Shown here in pieces: positions 37,374 to 48,750 of a stretch of DNA of 64,000 bases. The position numbers and the translations under genes are program-made. The notes beneath the pieces are model-generated. The model was not told the DNA's origin. It searched no databases and saw nothing but the letters and a program-made list of their open reading frames with translations. Source of the DNA: Octopus sinensis (lineage: Eukaryota); NCBI RefSeq assembly GCF_006345805.1, contig NC_043009.1, positions 52,390,001 to 52,454,000 of the forward strand, read 5' to 3'. Every line of letters begins with the position of its first letter. The stretch's first letter is position 1.

Positions 37374-37650
37374 TTTTTTTCAGAACGAGATAAAAAAAAA
37401 CAAGGCTGTGAAGATTTTAGAACATTTATAAATAGGTCTTACAGCTGTTTCCAGGATATTTATTATATTCCTTCATCAGAGACGGTGTGACATAATGGTC
37501 AAGCAATAGTTAATGCTTAACCAATATCTCACAAAGTTTCCGATGAAGGAATAAAATAAATTTCCTGGAAATAACTGCAAATAACCTTCTATTTATAAAT
37601 GTTCTAAAATCTTCACAGCCTTGATTTTTTTTATCTCATCCTGAAAAAAA
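37374..37650. repeat. Imperfect fold-back repeat (~105-bp arms, ~60-nt spacer)
   Basis: 37374-37479 versus 37540-37650; inner core CTATTTATAAATGTTCTAAAATCTTCACAGCCTTG matches exactly between arms. Confidence 0.9.
37436..37483 (-). ncRNA. Minimal type I hammerhead-like motif
   Basis: GTCT-CTGATGA-AGGA(atataataaata)TCCT-G-GAAA-CAGCTG-TA-AGAC: 4-bp stem I, palindromic stem III ACAGCUGU, GUA triplet; one extra G before GAAA. Confidence 0.55.
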
Positions 37651-38179
37651 TTATATATATATATGAATTACATAGACACATGAATATATATATACAAGCA
37701 ATTCATTAAGTTGTGTTGTATAATGTATACATGTTTGTGTTTGTGCGCGCGCGTGTATAAGTGTGTGTGCGTGTGAGTGTGTGTAGAGCTCTGGCTCATT
37801 TGAAGTTCTCGCACTCCACTCCAGTATCTAGGGCGGTTCGATGCGGTGTATCAAAACATGGAAAGGACTATCTTGCGGGAACCAAGCCGTGTGTTAGCAT
37901 TGATAAAATACATAAAACATATATGGTATTTTATCCTTTATAAAACATACACGCGTTGCGACAAATTATAGCAAGGATCACATACTTGCTTATTAAAATA
38001 CATAATTGTGTTAATTACCTCCTCAGCGCTTAGCAAAAGTATTTTTGCTTAACAATGAAGAGGTGTTTCTTAAAAAATCATATAATGTTTCAACGATCAA
38101 GTATGTATTACCGACAATAATTCGTGGAAACGAGTGTATGTTTTATGAAGCATCAAATAATTTCTGTATTTTATTAATA

Positions 38180-38260
38180 GTATATTTATATATATGTTGT
38201 TACATAGGCATACATATATGTATATATGTATGTGTATATGTATACATATATATATATAAT

Positions 38261-38294
<34 letters not shown>

Positions 38295-38572
38295 ATATAT
38301 ATAATATATATATATATATAATACATGTATGTATATATGTATATATGTATATATGTATGTGTACATGTTTATATATATACACATACATATATGCATACAC
38401 ATATATATGTATGTGTATGTATATATATATCATATATATTATGTATATATGTATATGTATATATATATGTATATATATTATATGTATATATATATATTTA
38501 TCTATATATATGTATTTATATGTATATATTTATATGTATATATATGTATTTATATGTATATATATATATATG

Positions 38573-38655
<83 letters not shown>

Positions 38656-38702
38656 GCATGTATATATATACATGTATATATGCATGCATATTATAATACA
38701 TG

Positions 38703-38745
<43 letters not shown>
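38180..38745. repeat. Long degenerate (TA)n/(TATG)n tract
   Basis: Directly visible. Confidence 0.95.
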
Positions 38746-38749
<4 letters not shown>

Positions 38750-39724
38750 AATGAATAGTTACGCCTGTGTGATGATGAATACAAAATTATTGAGGAGGAT
38801 ATATCAAATGAAACATTTCAGGGTAATATGACCTGCGGTAATTTATAAATGTGTGTTTGTTTGTGTGTGCATCCGAGTGTGTATAAGCGAATTGTGAATG
38901 TCTGTAAGTGTGTGTGATGATTAGTATATGATGGTGTGTGTTTTACTCATTGTCAAAGATAAGTCATCTTAGGTAATTACATTTTAATCTTTACAGGCAA
39001 CCAGTTATTTAGATTAACGATTAACGTTTCCATATGGTAACTTGACTGCCCTGCATTTAATATATGATACACATTCACACAAATGTATATATGTGTGTGT
39101 ATGAGGGAGAAAGAGAGTGTGTGTGTGTATGTACTTATGTACATATACACATACATAACTATTTATACATACATATATGAGTATATATTTAGATAAATAT
39201 ATATTTATATATATAAATGTGCATTATGAATGTATGTATGTGTATCATATTTTGTTCATCTGATATCATAAAATATCTGTAATAGAGATATTTAGAATAT
39301 GATGCCAGACGTAAAATTATATACATTTATGTATATATGTACATATATATATATATATATACATTTGATGTGTGTGAGGAGACGTATGTGTGTGGATGTG
39401 TGTGTCTGTGTCTGCGCGTGTGTGGGTGTGTGTACATATGTGTATATGTCTCTGTATGCATAAATATAAGGATGTGATGATCGTAATTATCTCACGAATA
39501 GTTAATATATACACATCAATAACGTGTAAACGCATCTTCTTGTATATAAACGCAACATATATACACACGCGAAAGAAGAATGGATTTACTACGTTTATTA
39601 CATCGCTTGCTAGAAACAGCAGCCAAATATTCCTGAAATCACAGCCTAGCGTAAGGAAGTGACGTATCAATTGTAAGTACATATAAATGTGGACGTGTAT
39701 ATGTGAATATTTAAGTATATTGCC

Positions 39725-40027
39725 CTCCGTCGTCAACCAGGAGAATTCATCTACGAAGCAATTTCCCCAGCTCCCCTTCGGGGTTGGCGAAAACGATGTG
39801 TCGGACAACGAATAACCTGGCTGATGGCAGTCAAGGCTGATCTGGAACCCAACCTAGGCCTCCATGTCTACGGCGTTCGCCGCTGGAATAGGGAGTGGTT
39901 GGTGATCACGCGGTCGTTAGCCTCAAATCGCCAGGCCTGGTCGGCGTTTGTGAGAGATGTAGCATTGAGGATAAATGAAGCTAGCTCAACCCACCCCGGG
40001 TGAATGCTGTCTCAAGACAAGACAAGA
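39725..40027 (+). mobile_element. RTE-clade LINE 3' end with (CAAGA)n tail
   Basis: Open frame PAPLRGWRKRCVGQRITWLMAVKADLEPNLGLHVYGVRRWNREWLVITRSLASNRQAWSAFVRDVALRINEASSTHPG* followed by CAAGACAAGACAAG. Confidence 0.8.
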
Positions 40028-40364
40028 AGAATATATAAGTATCGCTGCAACTATAATTTTCTAATTCAGCTGCTTTGCTTGCAATGATCATTTCCTATAG
40101 ACCGGGGGGCAACTTATATTTTGTGACTGAACTGAGTAAATTGAAACTGTATGGAATCCCGTCGTATATTACTCATACGTATTGTGTTCGCCAAGGTTCT
40201 TCAGAAAGCATCGTCGGTTTGTTTACTGTCCCGTAACTTGTGGTTAGAATAAATACCGGAATTATTTAAATAATTGTTTGGATCGAGCTTTTTTTCAAAT
40301 AAGCTCTTCAATGTGCTCTTTCCTGACTAAAACAAATAATTGATAAAAGATAATTTGTAAATAC

Positions 40365-40386
40365 GCAGACAGACAGACAGACAGAC

Positions 40387-40457
<71 letters not shown>

Positions 40458-40609
40458 CAGATAGAAACATATATATATATATACATATATATGTTATATA
40501 TCTTTATATATATATATATATATAATATACAAAGATACACACACATGCACTCACACACATGCACACACACACCACACACACAACACACACACAAATACAA
40601 CACACACAC

Positions 40610-40665
<56 letters not shown>
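40365..40665. repeat. (GACA)n/(GATA)n/(TA)n/(CA)n microsatellites
   Basis: Directly visible. Confidence 0.95.
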
Positions 40666-40668
<3 letters not shown>

Positions 40669-40766
40669 ATTTTATTAATTTGCCCGTACGGCTGACAAGT
40701 CGCTTGCCACTCATGATGGTATTTTAATAATACCACCCCTTCTTATATTTATTTATATATCATACG

Positions 40767-41228
40767 GGTGGCTAATTCGCAATTTTACAACCTAAAGCCA
40801 GAAATGTATACGTTACTAAAGTGAACAAGGGCACTGATCGTCACCAGTATTGCAAGAAATAAGAGTCAAAACAACTCAATCGCTACAAATGCACTGTTTT
40901 TATGAGCTGAGAAGAGAGACAATCTCCCCACAGTTGCAGATAGAACCAGATCACCGATGATTTCGCATTTTGATGCTTAATGCATCTTAACGGGCATCAG
41001 TGCCTCTCACCGCGCCTAGTGTTAAACTCCACTCGCCTTGTCAGCTTATAAGACTTCCGTTGAAATCATATTCTGATTTCATAAACTGTAGAAGTGAAAA
41101 TTATAGATAATATGGATGGATAATTCGCAATTTTACGACCTTAAAGCAGAAATATATACGCCACTAAAGTGAACTAGTATTGCTAGAAACAGGAGTCAAA
41201 ACACCTCAATAGCCACAAAAGCACTATC
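40767..41228. repeat. Diverged direct repeat, ~115-130 bp, period ~348 bp
   Basis: TAATTCGCAATTTTAC...CTAAAGTGAAC...AGTATTGC.AGAAA..GAGTCAAAACA at 40767-40898 and 41115-41228. Confidence 0.85.
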
Positions 41229-41242
41229 GTAATATATATATA

Positions 41243-41273
<31 letters not shown>

Positions 41274-42167
41274 CGTACATACATTGAAAAAATATATTAA
41301 TATATATATATAAATATAAATATTTAATATAAACTCCTTGAAGTGTGTAAAGTGAGGTATTTCCAGAGAAGCACTTGATCCGAATACAGGGCTATCAACA
41401 CGGTCCGAGTTCCAGGCCAAAGCCGGAATTCCTCAGTCGTAGGAAATCGAAGTTTCACGACGATCACGCTGTAAAGTGCGTTTACACGCATATGCACAAG
41501 CATGTCTCTGTTTGTGTGTATAGAAAGCGGTATAGAAACTGATTAATGCATTGCTAAATAGACTATGTAAATATATATGAATATGTTCGGAAAAGGGGAT
41601 GCATGTAAGTTATCATATTCTCTTCCCATGAGCAAAATCCCCGTGACATAATGCACTGCATGTGATCCCGGAGTAACCACCGATAACAATTTAAGGTAGT
41701 ATATATATAATATATAATATATAGAGATATACAATTGTATAGAATACAATTATAATTAAAGGCATAAAAGCTACCATGCCTATATCCTAGATATAGACTC
41801 CAAACACGTTCAGCTACTCTAAATTTTCATTTCACAATATACACAGGCTGAAGCTGCGAAACTAGATAATTCAGATTGTTTGGGATTGATCAATTTCTGC
41901 ATTAGTTTAATAACTTTTCCTTCATCAGCAAAAAATTACTGAGCAAAATAAATAAAAATTACTTATACTTACGCACATTAAAGCACATGCAAAATGTGAT
42001 TACATACCAATATTCACAAGTATATACCCATCGAATTTTGAAAAAGTAAGTGCCAGTTGCGTACTGGGGGCGATCCAATCGACTGGCCCTCTCCCCAAAA
42101 ATTTCGAGCCTTGTGCCTAGAATAGGAAAGAATATATTATAAACATATATACATCTTTATACATACA

Positions 42168-42204
<37 letters not shown>

Positions 42205-42234
42205 AGGAGATGTCGAACACGAGTAGTGATATAT

Positions 42235-42445
42235 AAAAAAGGAAATGAAGAAAATGCTGACAAATAATTGAAGTAATTTAAGTAATTTAATTAGGTGAAA
42301 GTTCTTTTTCCCGGTTGCGCATTTGTTATGCTTATCAAAATATGTTTTGATAAGCATAACAAATGCGCAACCGGTAAAAAGAACTTTCACCTAATTAAAT
42401 TACTTAAATTACTTCAATTATTTGTCAGCATTTTCTTCATTTCCT

Positions 42446-42450
<5 letters not shown>
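42235..42450. repeat. 216-bp near-perfect palindrome (106-bp arms, 4-nt loop TATG) flanked by (TA)n
   Basis: One mismatch between arms (42310 C versus 42375 T); centre AAAA-TATG-TTTT at 42337-42348. Confidence 0.97.
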
Positions 42451-42478
<28 letters not shown>

Positions 42479-42488
42479 TATATATATA

Positions 42489-42525
<37 letters not shown>

Positions 42526-42602
42526 ATATAAGAAAGAGAGAGATAGAAAGTGAGAGGGAGCCAAAGAGAATATGCACATATTTTACATATATACATTGTA
42601 TC

Positions 42603-42665
<63 letters not shown>

Positions 42666-42938
42666 AGATATATATGCTTGAACGCACGTGTATATCAATG
42701 TATTCGTGTATTTACATGCATATGCGTAGATTGTGTATATGTATGGTACACTATCAAGAATCTCGTTGTTGCTTCTTTGAACTATAATCCAGATAATCAT
42801 CATCATCGTCGTCATCATCATCATCAACAGCAGCAGCAGCAACAACATTGATATCATCTTAATGCTACAATCATTTTTATCTACATATTGGTAACCCTCA
42901 TCATCATCATTGTAAATATCGTCTCCTTCTCTCTCCCA

Positions 42939-42988
<50 letters not shown>

Positions 42989-43159
42989 TCTGTTCTCCTT
43001 TTCGTAATCATTATCCTCCATGTCATCCCTACAATTGATATCATCTTTATTGTAAAAAAAATTTAATCATTTTAATAATAGATTATTACCGTACATCCTC
43101 TTCATTATATTTAACACGACCACCATAGTTATCACAAATTATCACTTAATCATTATTAT

Positions 43160-43518
43160 TTTCACTATAATCATCATCATCATCATCATTATCGACATGA
43201 ACATTACCTATACTGACATCACTGTCACCAGCACCACTAGTAAAATAGACACATCATTAGTAACATAATCAAAATCACCATCAACATCACTATAATCATC
43301 ATCTTCCTATCATTCACACCATCACTTTCATGACCATCACCAGCAAAATCATCAGAACAAACATCACTGCTACCGCAAGTTCCTCATCGCCACAAATGCC
43401 ACAACTAATGTCATTTTTATTCACAACACTACTACCATGACCATCATTATCATCATCATCATCATCCACATCATCCTCGTCATTATCATCATCATCCTCA
43501 TCATCATTATCATCATCC

Positions 43519-43567
<49 letters not shown>

Positions 43568-43659
43568 TCCATCTTCACGACTAATACCATCCCTGCCACC
43601 ACCTCCACAGTTTGCCTCTGTACCATCACCTTCACCATGGCTATCATCACATTATTATT

Positions 43660-43719
<60 letters not shown>

Positions 43720-43895
43720 GCACACACTCTTTTACTACAGTCTCTACCACCGTCATCCCCAGCACAATCGCCATTCCTTTACCATCACCATCAAAATCAT
43801 CAGAACAAGCATCACCGCTACGGCAAGTTCCTCATCTCCACAAATACCCCCCCCCCCGGAATGCCATTTTCCTTACCAACACTACCATCATGAAT

Positions 43896-43927
<32 letters not shown>

Positions 43928-44140
43928 TATCCCACTTTCGCGATCACTACTATCCCTGCCATCAGTACAATCAGGCTGCCTCAGTAGTCAGTGCCATCAC
44001 TTTCACCATCGCCATCATCACATTACCATCAGCACCATCGCACACTCTCTTTTACTACCATCTCTAGTACCGTGTCGCCAACGCAATCATCATTCATGTA
44101 CCGTTTTCACCGCCAAACTCGTTATCATTTTAGCAACACT
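43160..44140. repeat. (CAT)n low-complexity region containing a diverged tandem duplication
   Basis: AAAATCATCAGAACAA.CATCAC.GCTAC.GCAAGTTCCTCATC at ~43346 and ~43794; CGCACAC.CT.TTT.ACTAC at ~43719 and ~44038. Confidence 0.8.
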
Positions 44141-44438
44141 ATAGGTACCTAAGTGGAGGCACATGGCTTAGTGGTTAGTTTGTCAACCTCATGATCCGCC
44201 AGCCGCAGACAGTCATTGCTACTTCCGACTGCCAGCACACGTGATTTCGGCCTGATTTTGGCATTTTTAATGACAGACAGCAAGCTGCTAGAAATAGCAG
44301 CATATAACCATTCGAGAATTTTTCGCTTTTGATAAATATTACAGTATTTGTGGGTGTGGGTTCTGACGCAACTTCCGCTTTTAAGAGGTGAATATTTTGC
44401 TGTTTGGTATTAACCCTACCTCTGTCGCTCTATTGATT

Positions 44439-44476
<38 letters not shown>

Positions 44477-44829
44477 CGTGCACCCCCCCCCCGTTTGTTT
44501 GTCCAATTTTAAACCCTGCACGACTTCTATACACTTTGTCTTTCCTACCCGCCATTGCTTCTTTACCAAACTATTTTGGCGCCCTCCGATTCTTCCCCCC
44601 TCTTCCTCCCATCCTCCTTATCCCTTCTTTCTCCTTTTCTCTTGGTCACTGATTCTGTCCCCTGCCTTCCAACCTCTTTGATTCCCTCTCTCTCTGTCTC
44701 TCTTTCTCTCTCTCTCTCTCCTGCAACCTGCTGCTTCTTAACCATTCTGTTGGCGATCGTATCTCGACCAACATGTGTCCCCTCTACCGAAACGGTAATT
44801 ATTTCTACGCCAGCTGCTATGTTGTTGTT

Positions 44830-45130
44830 GTTTTTTGTCTCATTTGGTCTAAAGTCGTAAGACAACCATCGTTATATTTTGTTTATCCATTACTGTTTTC
44901 AATTTCGTTTTCGTCTCTTGTATTTACATCCGTCTCGTGCGTTCACATTCCTGTCTTCTACCAAGAAATCTAATGCTTACAGCTTAGTTTTTTTCTTGGG
45001 GCTGGCCGAGTTGGAGCAAATATCAGAATTGAACAGCCGAAATTTGCTATGATGATTCGGTGTCTGACTGAAGATTGAAGGCTTCGAATGATTTGTCTGT
45101 GTTCCGTGTTCGTCCCTTCCTGTATTTCAC
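44830..45130 (+). repeat. Interspersed repeat family F, second copy
   Basis: Aligns with reverse complement of 25790-26090. Confidence 0.7.
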
Positions 45131-45320
45131 GTTCTTTATATATAAAAACAATTTATTCTTATATATAACTATATATATAATATATATATATATGGCCTGC
45201 TCGCTTAGCCAACGGGGTGGCATCATTTGAAGGTTAAAACACATGCGAAGGCGCATGGTGACCAGCGATGTGTAGCAACATCTCGATATCCTGGTCGGTC
45301 ACGTGATCACGGTGATATAT

Positions 45321-45367
<47 letters not shown>

Positions 45368-45382
45368 GCACGTACACCATAT

Positions 45383-45436
<54 letters not shown>

Positions 45437-45484
45437 CATACATACATACATACATACATATACATACATACATACATACATACA

Positions 45485-45520
<36 letters not shown>

Positions 45521-45522
45521 TA

Positions 45523-45762
45523 TATATTCGGAATGATTTCAGCACAGAAACATTTAATAATAATTCTCCAGTAACTGTTGTGTAACATGGTAACGTGTAG
45601 CTGGGTATCTACTTCTATATCTATGTACATATGTACGTATGTATGTATGTGTGTGTATACATAGATATAGATGTAGATATCCAGCTCCGCGTTACAATGT
45701 TACACAACAGTTACTAGAGATTTATTATTAAATGTTGCTGTGCTGAAATCATTAGGAATATA
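45523..45762. repeat. Imperfect fold-back repeat (~105-bp arms) next to (TACA)n(TA)n
   Basis: GAATGATTTCAGCACAG.AACATTTAATAATAA...GTAACTGTTGTGTAACAT versus ATGTTACACAACAGTTAC...TTATTATTAAATGTT.CTGTGCTGAAATCATT. Confidence 0.9.
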
Positions 45763-46155
45763 ATTTAGACGACGTCAGTAGTTTCTTAGCGGGTGGAGAT
45801 AGGCTTAATCAACAATAGATGTTTTGCTTCTTCACTGAAATGGAATATTGGTGCTGAGAAATTTAGTCATATCAACCATCTGTCAGCTGTCAAATGACGA
45901 AACAAAAAAAAAACAATGAACAATCCGATTATGTCTACATTAATGCTATATATGTGTGTGAGTGTGTATGACTGACTGTGTATCGTTTTTTTTGTTTTGA
46001 GTATGTGTGTGTAAGTATGTGTGTATGTTGAAAGATTACTAATGATCGACAGTTTTGTTACTCGGAGTTGCACATCATTACACGGTATCAGAGACAGACT
46101 ATTATCTAACTGATCTGCGTGTATGTAACTCAGCAATTTACCAATAAGTATACAC

Positions 46156-46428
46156 GAGTGGTTCCCAAATTTTTTAGAGCTGCGGCCCCCTTGATATCCA
46201 GACCACATTCCTTCTGCCCCCACCCCAACTAACCCTCATAAACATTACACCTCTTTCTGAAGCAAATTCAAAGCAACTGTATTTCACAAATAAACCTTAA
46301 CCTAATGGACTCATTATTTTGTTGTTTTTACATGAATCGCTACCCCATTATCACCTCACTTCTCTTCAACGCCCCTTTGGAACTTTCCACCGCCAGGGGT
46401 GCAATATCACCCACTTTGGGAACCACTG
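46156..46428. mobile_element. hAT (Charlie-like) MITE with 8-bp TSD GTATACAC
   Basis: TIRs GAGTGGTTCCCAAA / TTTGGGAACCACTG; GTATACAC at 46148-46155 and 46429-46436. Confidence 0.93.
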
Positions 46429-46463
46429 GTATACACCCTGTTGCATATACATAAATGTAAATA

Positions 46464-46501
<38 letters not shown>

Positions 46502-46502
46502 T

Positions 46503-46540
<38 letters not shown>

Positions 46541-46655
46541 GTATGCAAGTAAAATTTAAAATAATAAGGGTGAAAGTTTAATATCAATTTGATTAATATC
46601 AATTTAAAACTAGTGGTCTAGCATATTAAAATCGGAAGATACAGAAAAATTATAT

Positions 46656-46896
46656 TACATACATATAAGAGGGGTGACCACTACGTAGACATCCGTATGC
46701 TAAAAGTAGATCCGTTATGGTTTTATCACTAAGAAAGGAATGTTCTCAAGAAAATTTTAGCAAACGCCGCTCGCTTACGTTCTGGCGTTTGCTAAAATTT
46801 TCTTGAGAACATTCCTTTCTTAGTGGTAAGACCATAACGGATCTACTTCTAGCATATGGATGTCCACGTAGTGGTCATTCCACTTATATGTATGTA
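46656..46896. repeat. Fold-back repeat (~113-bp arms, 15-nt spacer)
   Basis: Inner 42 bp perfect (CACTAAGAAAGG...CAAACGCC / GGCGTTTG...CTTAGTG); outer arms ~88% identical. Confidence 0.93.
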
Positions 46897-47259
46897 TGCA
46901 TGTATGTATGTCTTCTTCGTTACCTTATTTTTTCATTTCTCCAAAACTGAACTGATATCTTATACGTCCAACACATTTATATGTGTGTGTATGTGTGTTT
47001 GTATATACTTCTTCTACATTCCCTATTTCTTCTTTTCCCCAAAACTGAACTGATATCCGTTGCGTCCAACTCATTGCCTTTCTCTAAACATCCGTCACAC
47101 TATTTTTCTCTCAGTGCCCTTGCCAATATCCCGCCTTTCCCTTCCTTCTATCCTATTGTGTCTCATATTCTCGCTGCCCCTGGACCTAACATCTCTTTCT
47201 TCCTTTCTCTCACTTTCAAGTTGGGCAAATCACGTATTCATCTCTTCAGCAAGACACCT

Positions 47260-47960
47260 ACTCTTCTCTCATCGGTGCTAATGTCAAGGGATTATGGAAG
47301 GGCATCCAACTGTAGAAACAGCAGACATCGAGCCTGACAAAGCCTACTTGCTCGTCTGTTCTTATCAAATCGAGGTCAACATTTCGTAGACTGAACTGCC
47401 CTATCAGCTCCCACCAAGATGTTCTAATACACTGAGAACCCAAGACAGTGACAATACATCTAAGAGCCCCGGTAATCTCTCCTAACTCTTCTGAAGCTAA
47501 GAGGCTTACACAATACGCCACAAAGACTTTGGGTCTCTAGAGGAGAGTTTTTGGGGACGCCATACCTATTTTTTTATTACCCACAAGGGGCTAAACACAG
47601 AGGTTACAAACAAGGACAGACAAACGGATTAAGTCGATTACATCGACCCCAGTGCGTAACTGGTACTTAATTTATCGACCCCGAAAGGATGAAAGGCAAA
47701 GTCGACCTCGGCGGAATTTGAACTCAGAACGTTACGACAGACGAAATACGGCCGCACATTTCGCCCGGCGTGCTAACGTTTCTGCCACCGCGCCACCTTA
47801 TGGGGACGCCATACCGTCTCCTGCAACATGAAGAAAAATGTACACAGTGTTGCTGTATTCCCTTGAATCCTCTATGAAATGGAATGAATGGCCTTCTACA
47901 GCAGGCACATCAAAGCCTTACAACATGCTTTCTAGCCCACGTGCGAGACTGCTGAAAATT
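47260..47960 (+). mobile_element. Degraded RTE-type LINE RT C-terminal remnant interrupted by a SINE
   Basis: After removing the SINE and one TSD: FGSLEESFWGRHTVSCNMKKNVHSVAVFP*ILYEME*MAFYSRHIKALQH, resembling AFGRL...W.RH.IS..TK.KVY.AVV.P.LLYG.E.W..YRRHIK.L. Confidence 0.55.
47567..47800 (-). mobile_element. SINE family A, full length, young, 15-bp TSD
   Basis: TGGGGACGCCATACC at 47552-47566 and 47801-47815. Confidence 0.95.
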
Positions 47961-48554
47961 TCTTAGTAGTACAGTCAAAGTCGACCAAGGACGACTATGT
48001 TACATATATCCATATGTGAGTATGCGTGCGTGTATGCCCGTGTGTGTGTGGAGTAGAACAATTGTTTCTAAACATATGTCTTATGTAATATTAGAAGCGT
48101 GCTGTAACGGACCGGCGTGCTTTTTTTCTTAGGTATATACCACTCGGTAGTTGAAAATAGTCACGGAAAACCGTGTACACTTTAAGGAAACATTAGAGTA
48201 GCAAGTTACTTATATAGCCAAAGTTCAGCACATAGGAGCTGTAGTGAGTACTTTGTCTCGTGTTCGTTAAAATAATGTTTTATTCATACATAGAAATATT
48301 TATTTATGTATATATATACATGCTGGTCTGTGTATATATATATGTGTGTGTGTGTGAGTGTATGTATGTGTGTGTATCCTTATGTACATATATGTATGCA
48401 TATAGGTATGTGTGTATATACATACATATATTATATGTGCAAGCATTCATAGGAATATAAAAATTCATATCAACTACATCTGTCTCTCAAAAATCATACT
48501 CCCTGTCTTTAAGTATACATTATTTATGTGATAATCAAATACTGACAACGGGTG

Positions 48555-48750
<196 letters not shown>

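Noticed and set aside
41400-41470. CTGAGGA and GAAAC on minus strand as a hammerhead
   Set aside because: Stems do not close in any permutation; GAAAC-TTCG-ATTTC is a plain hairpin.
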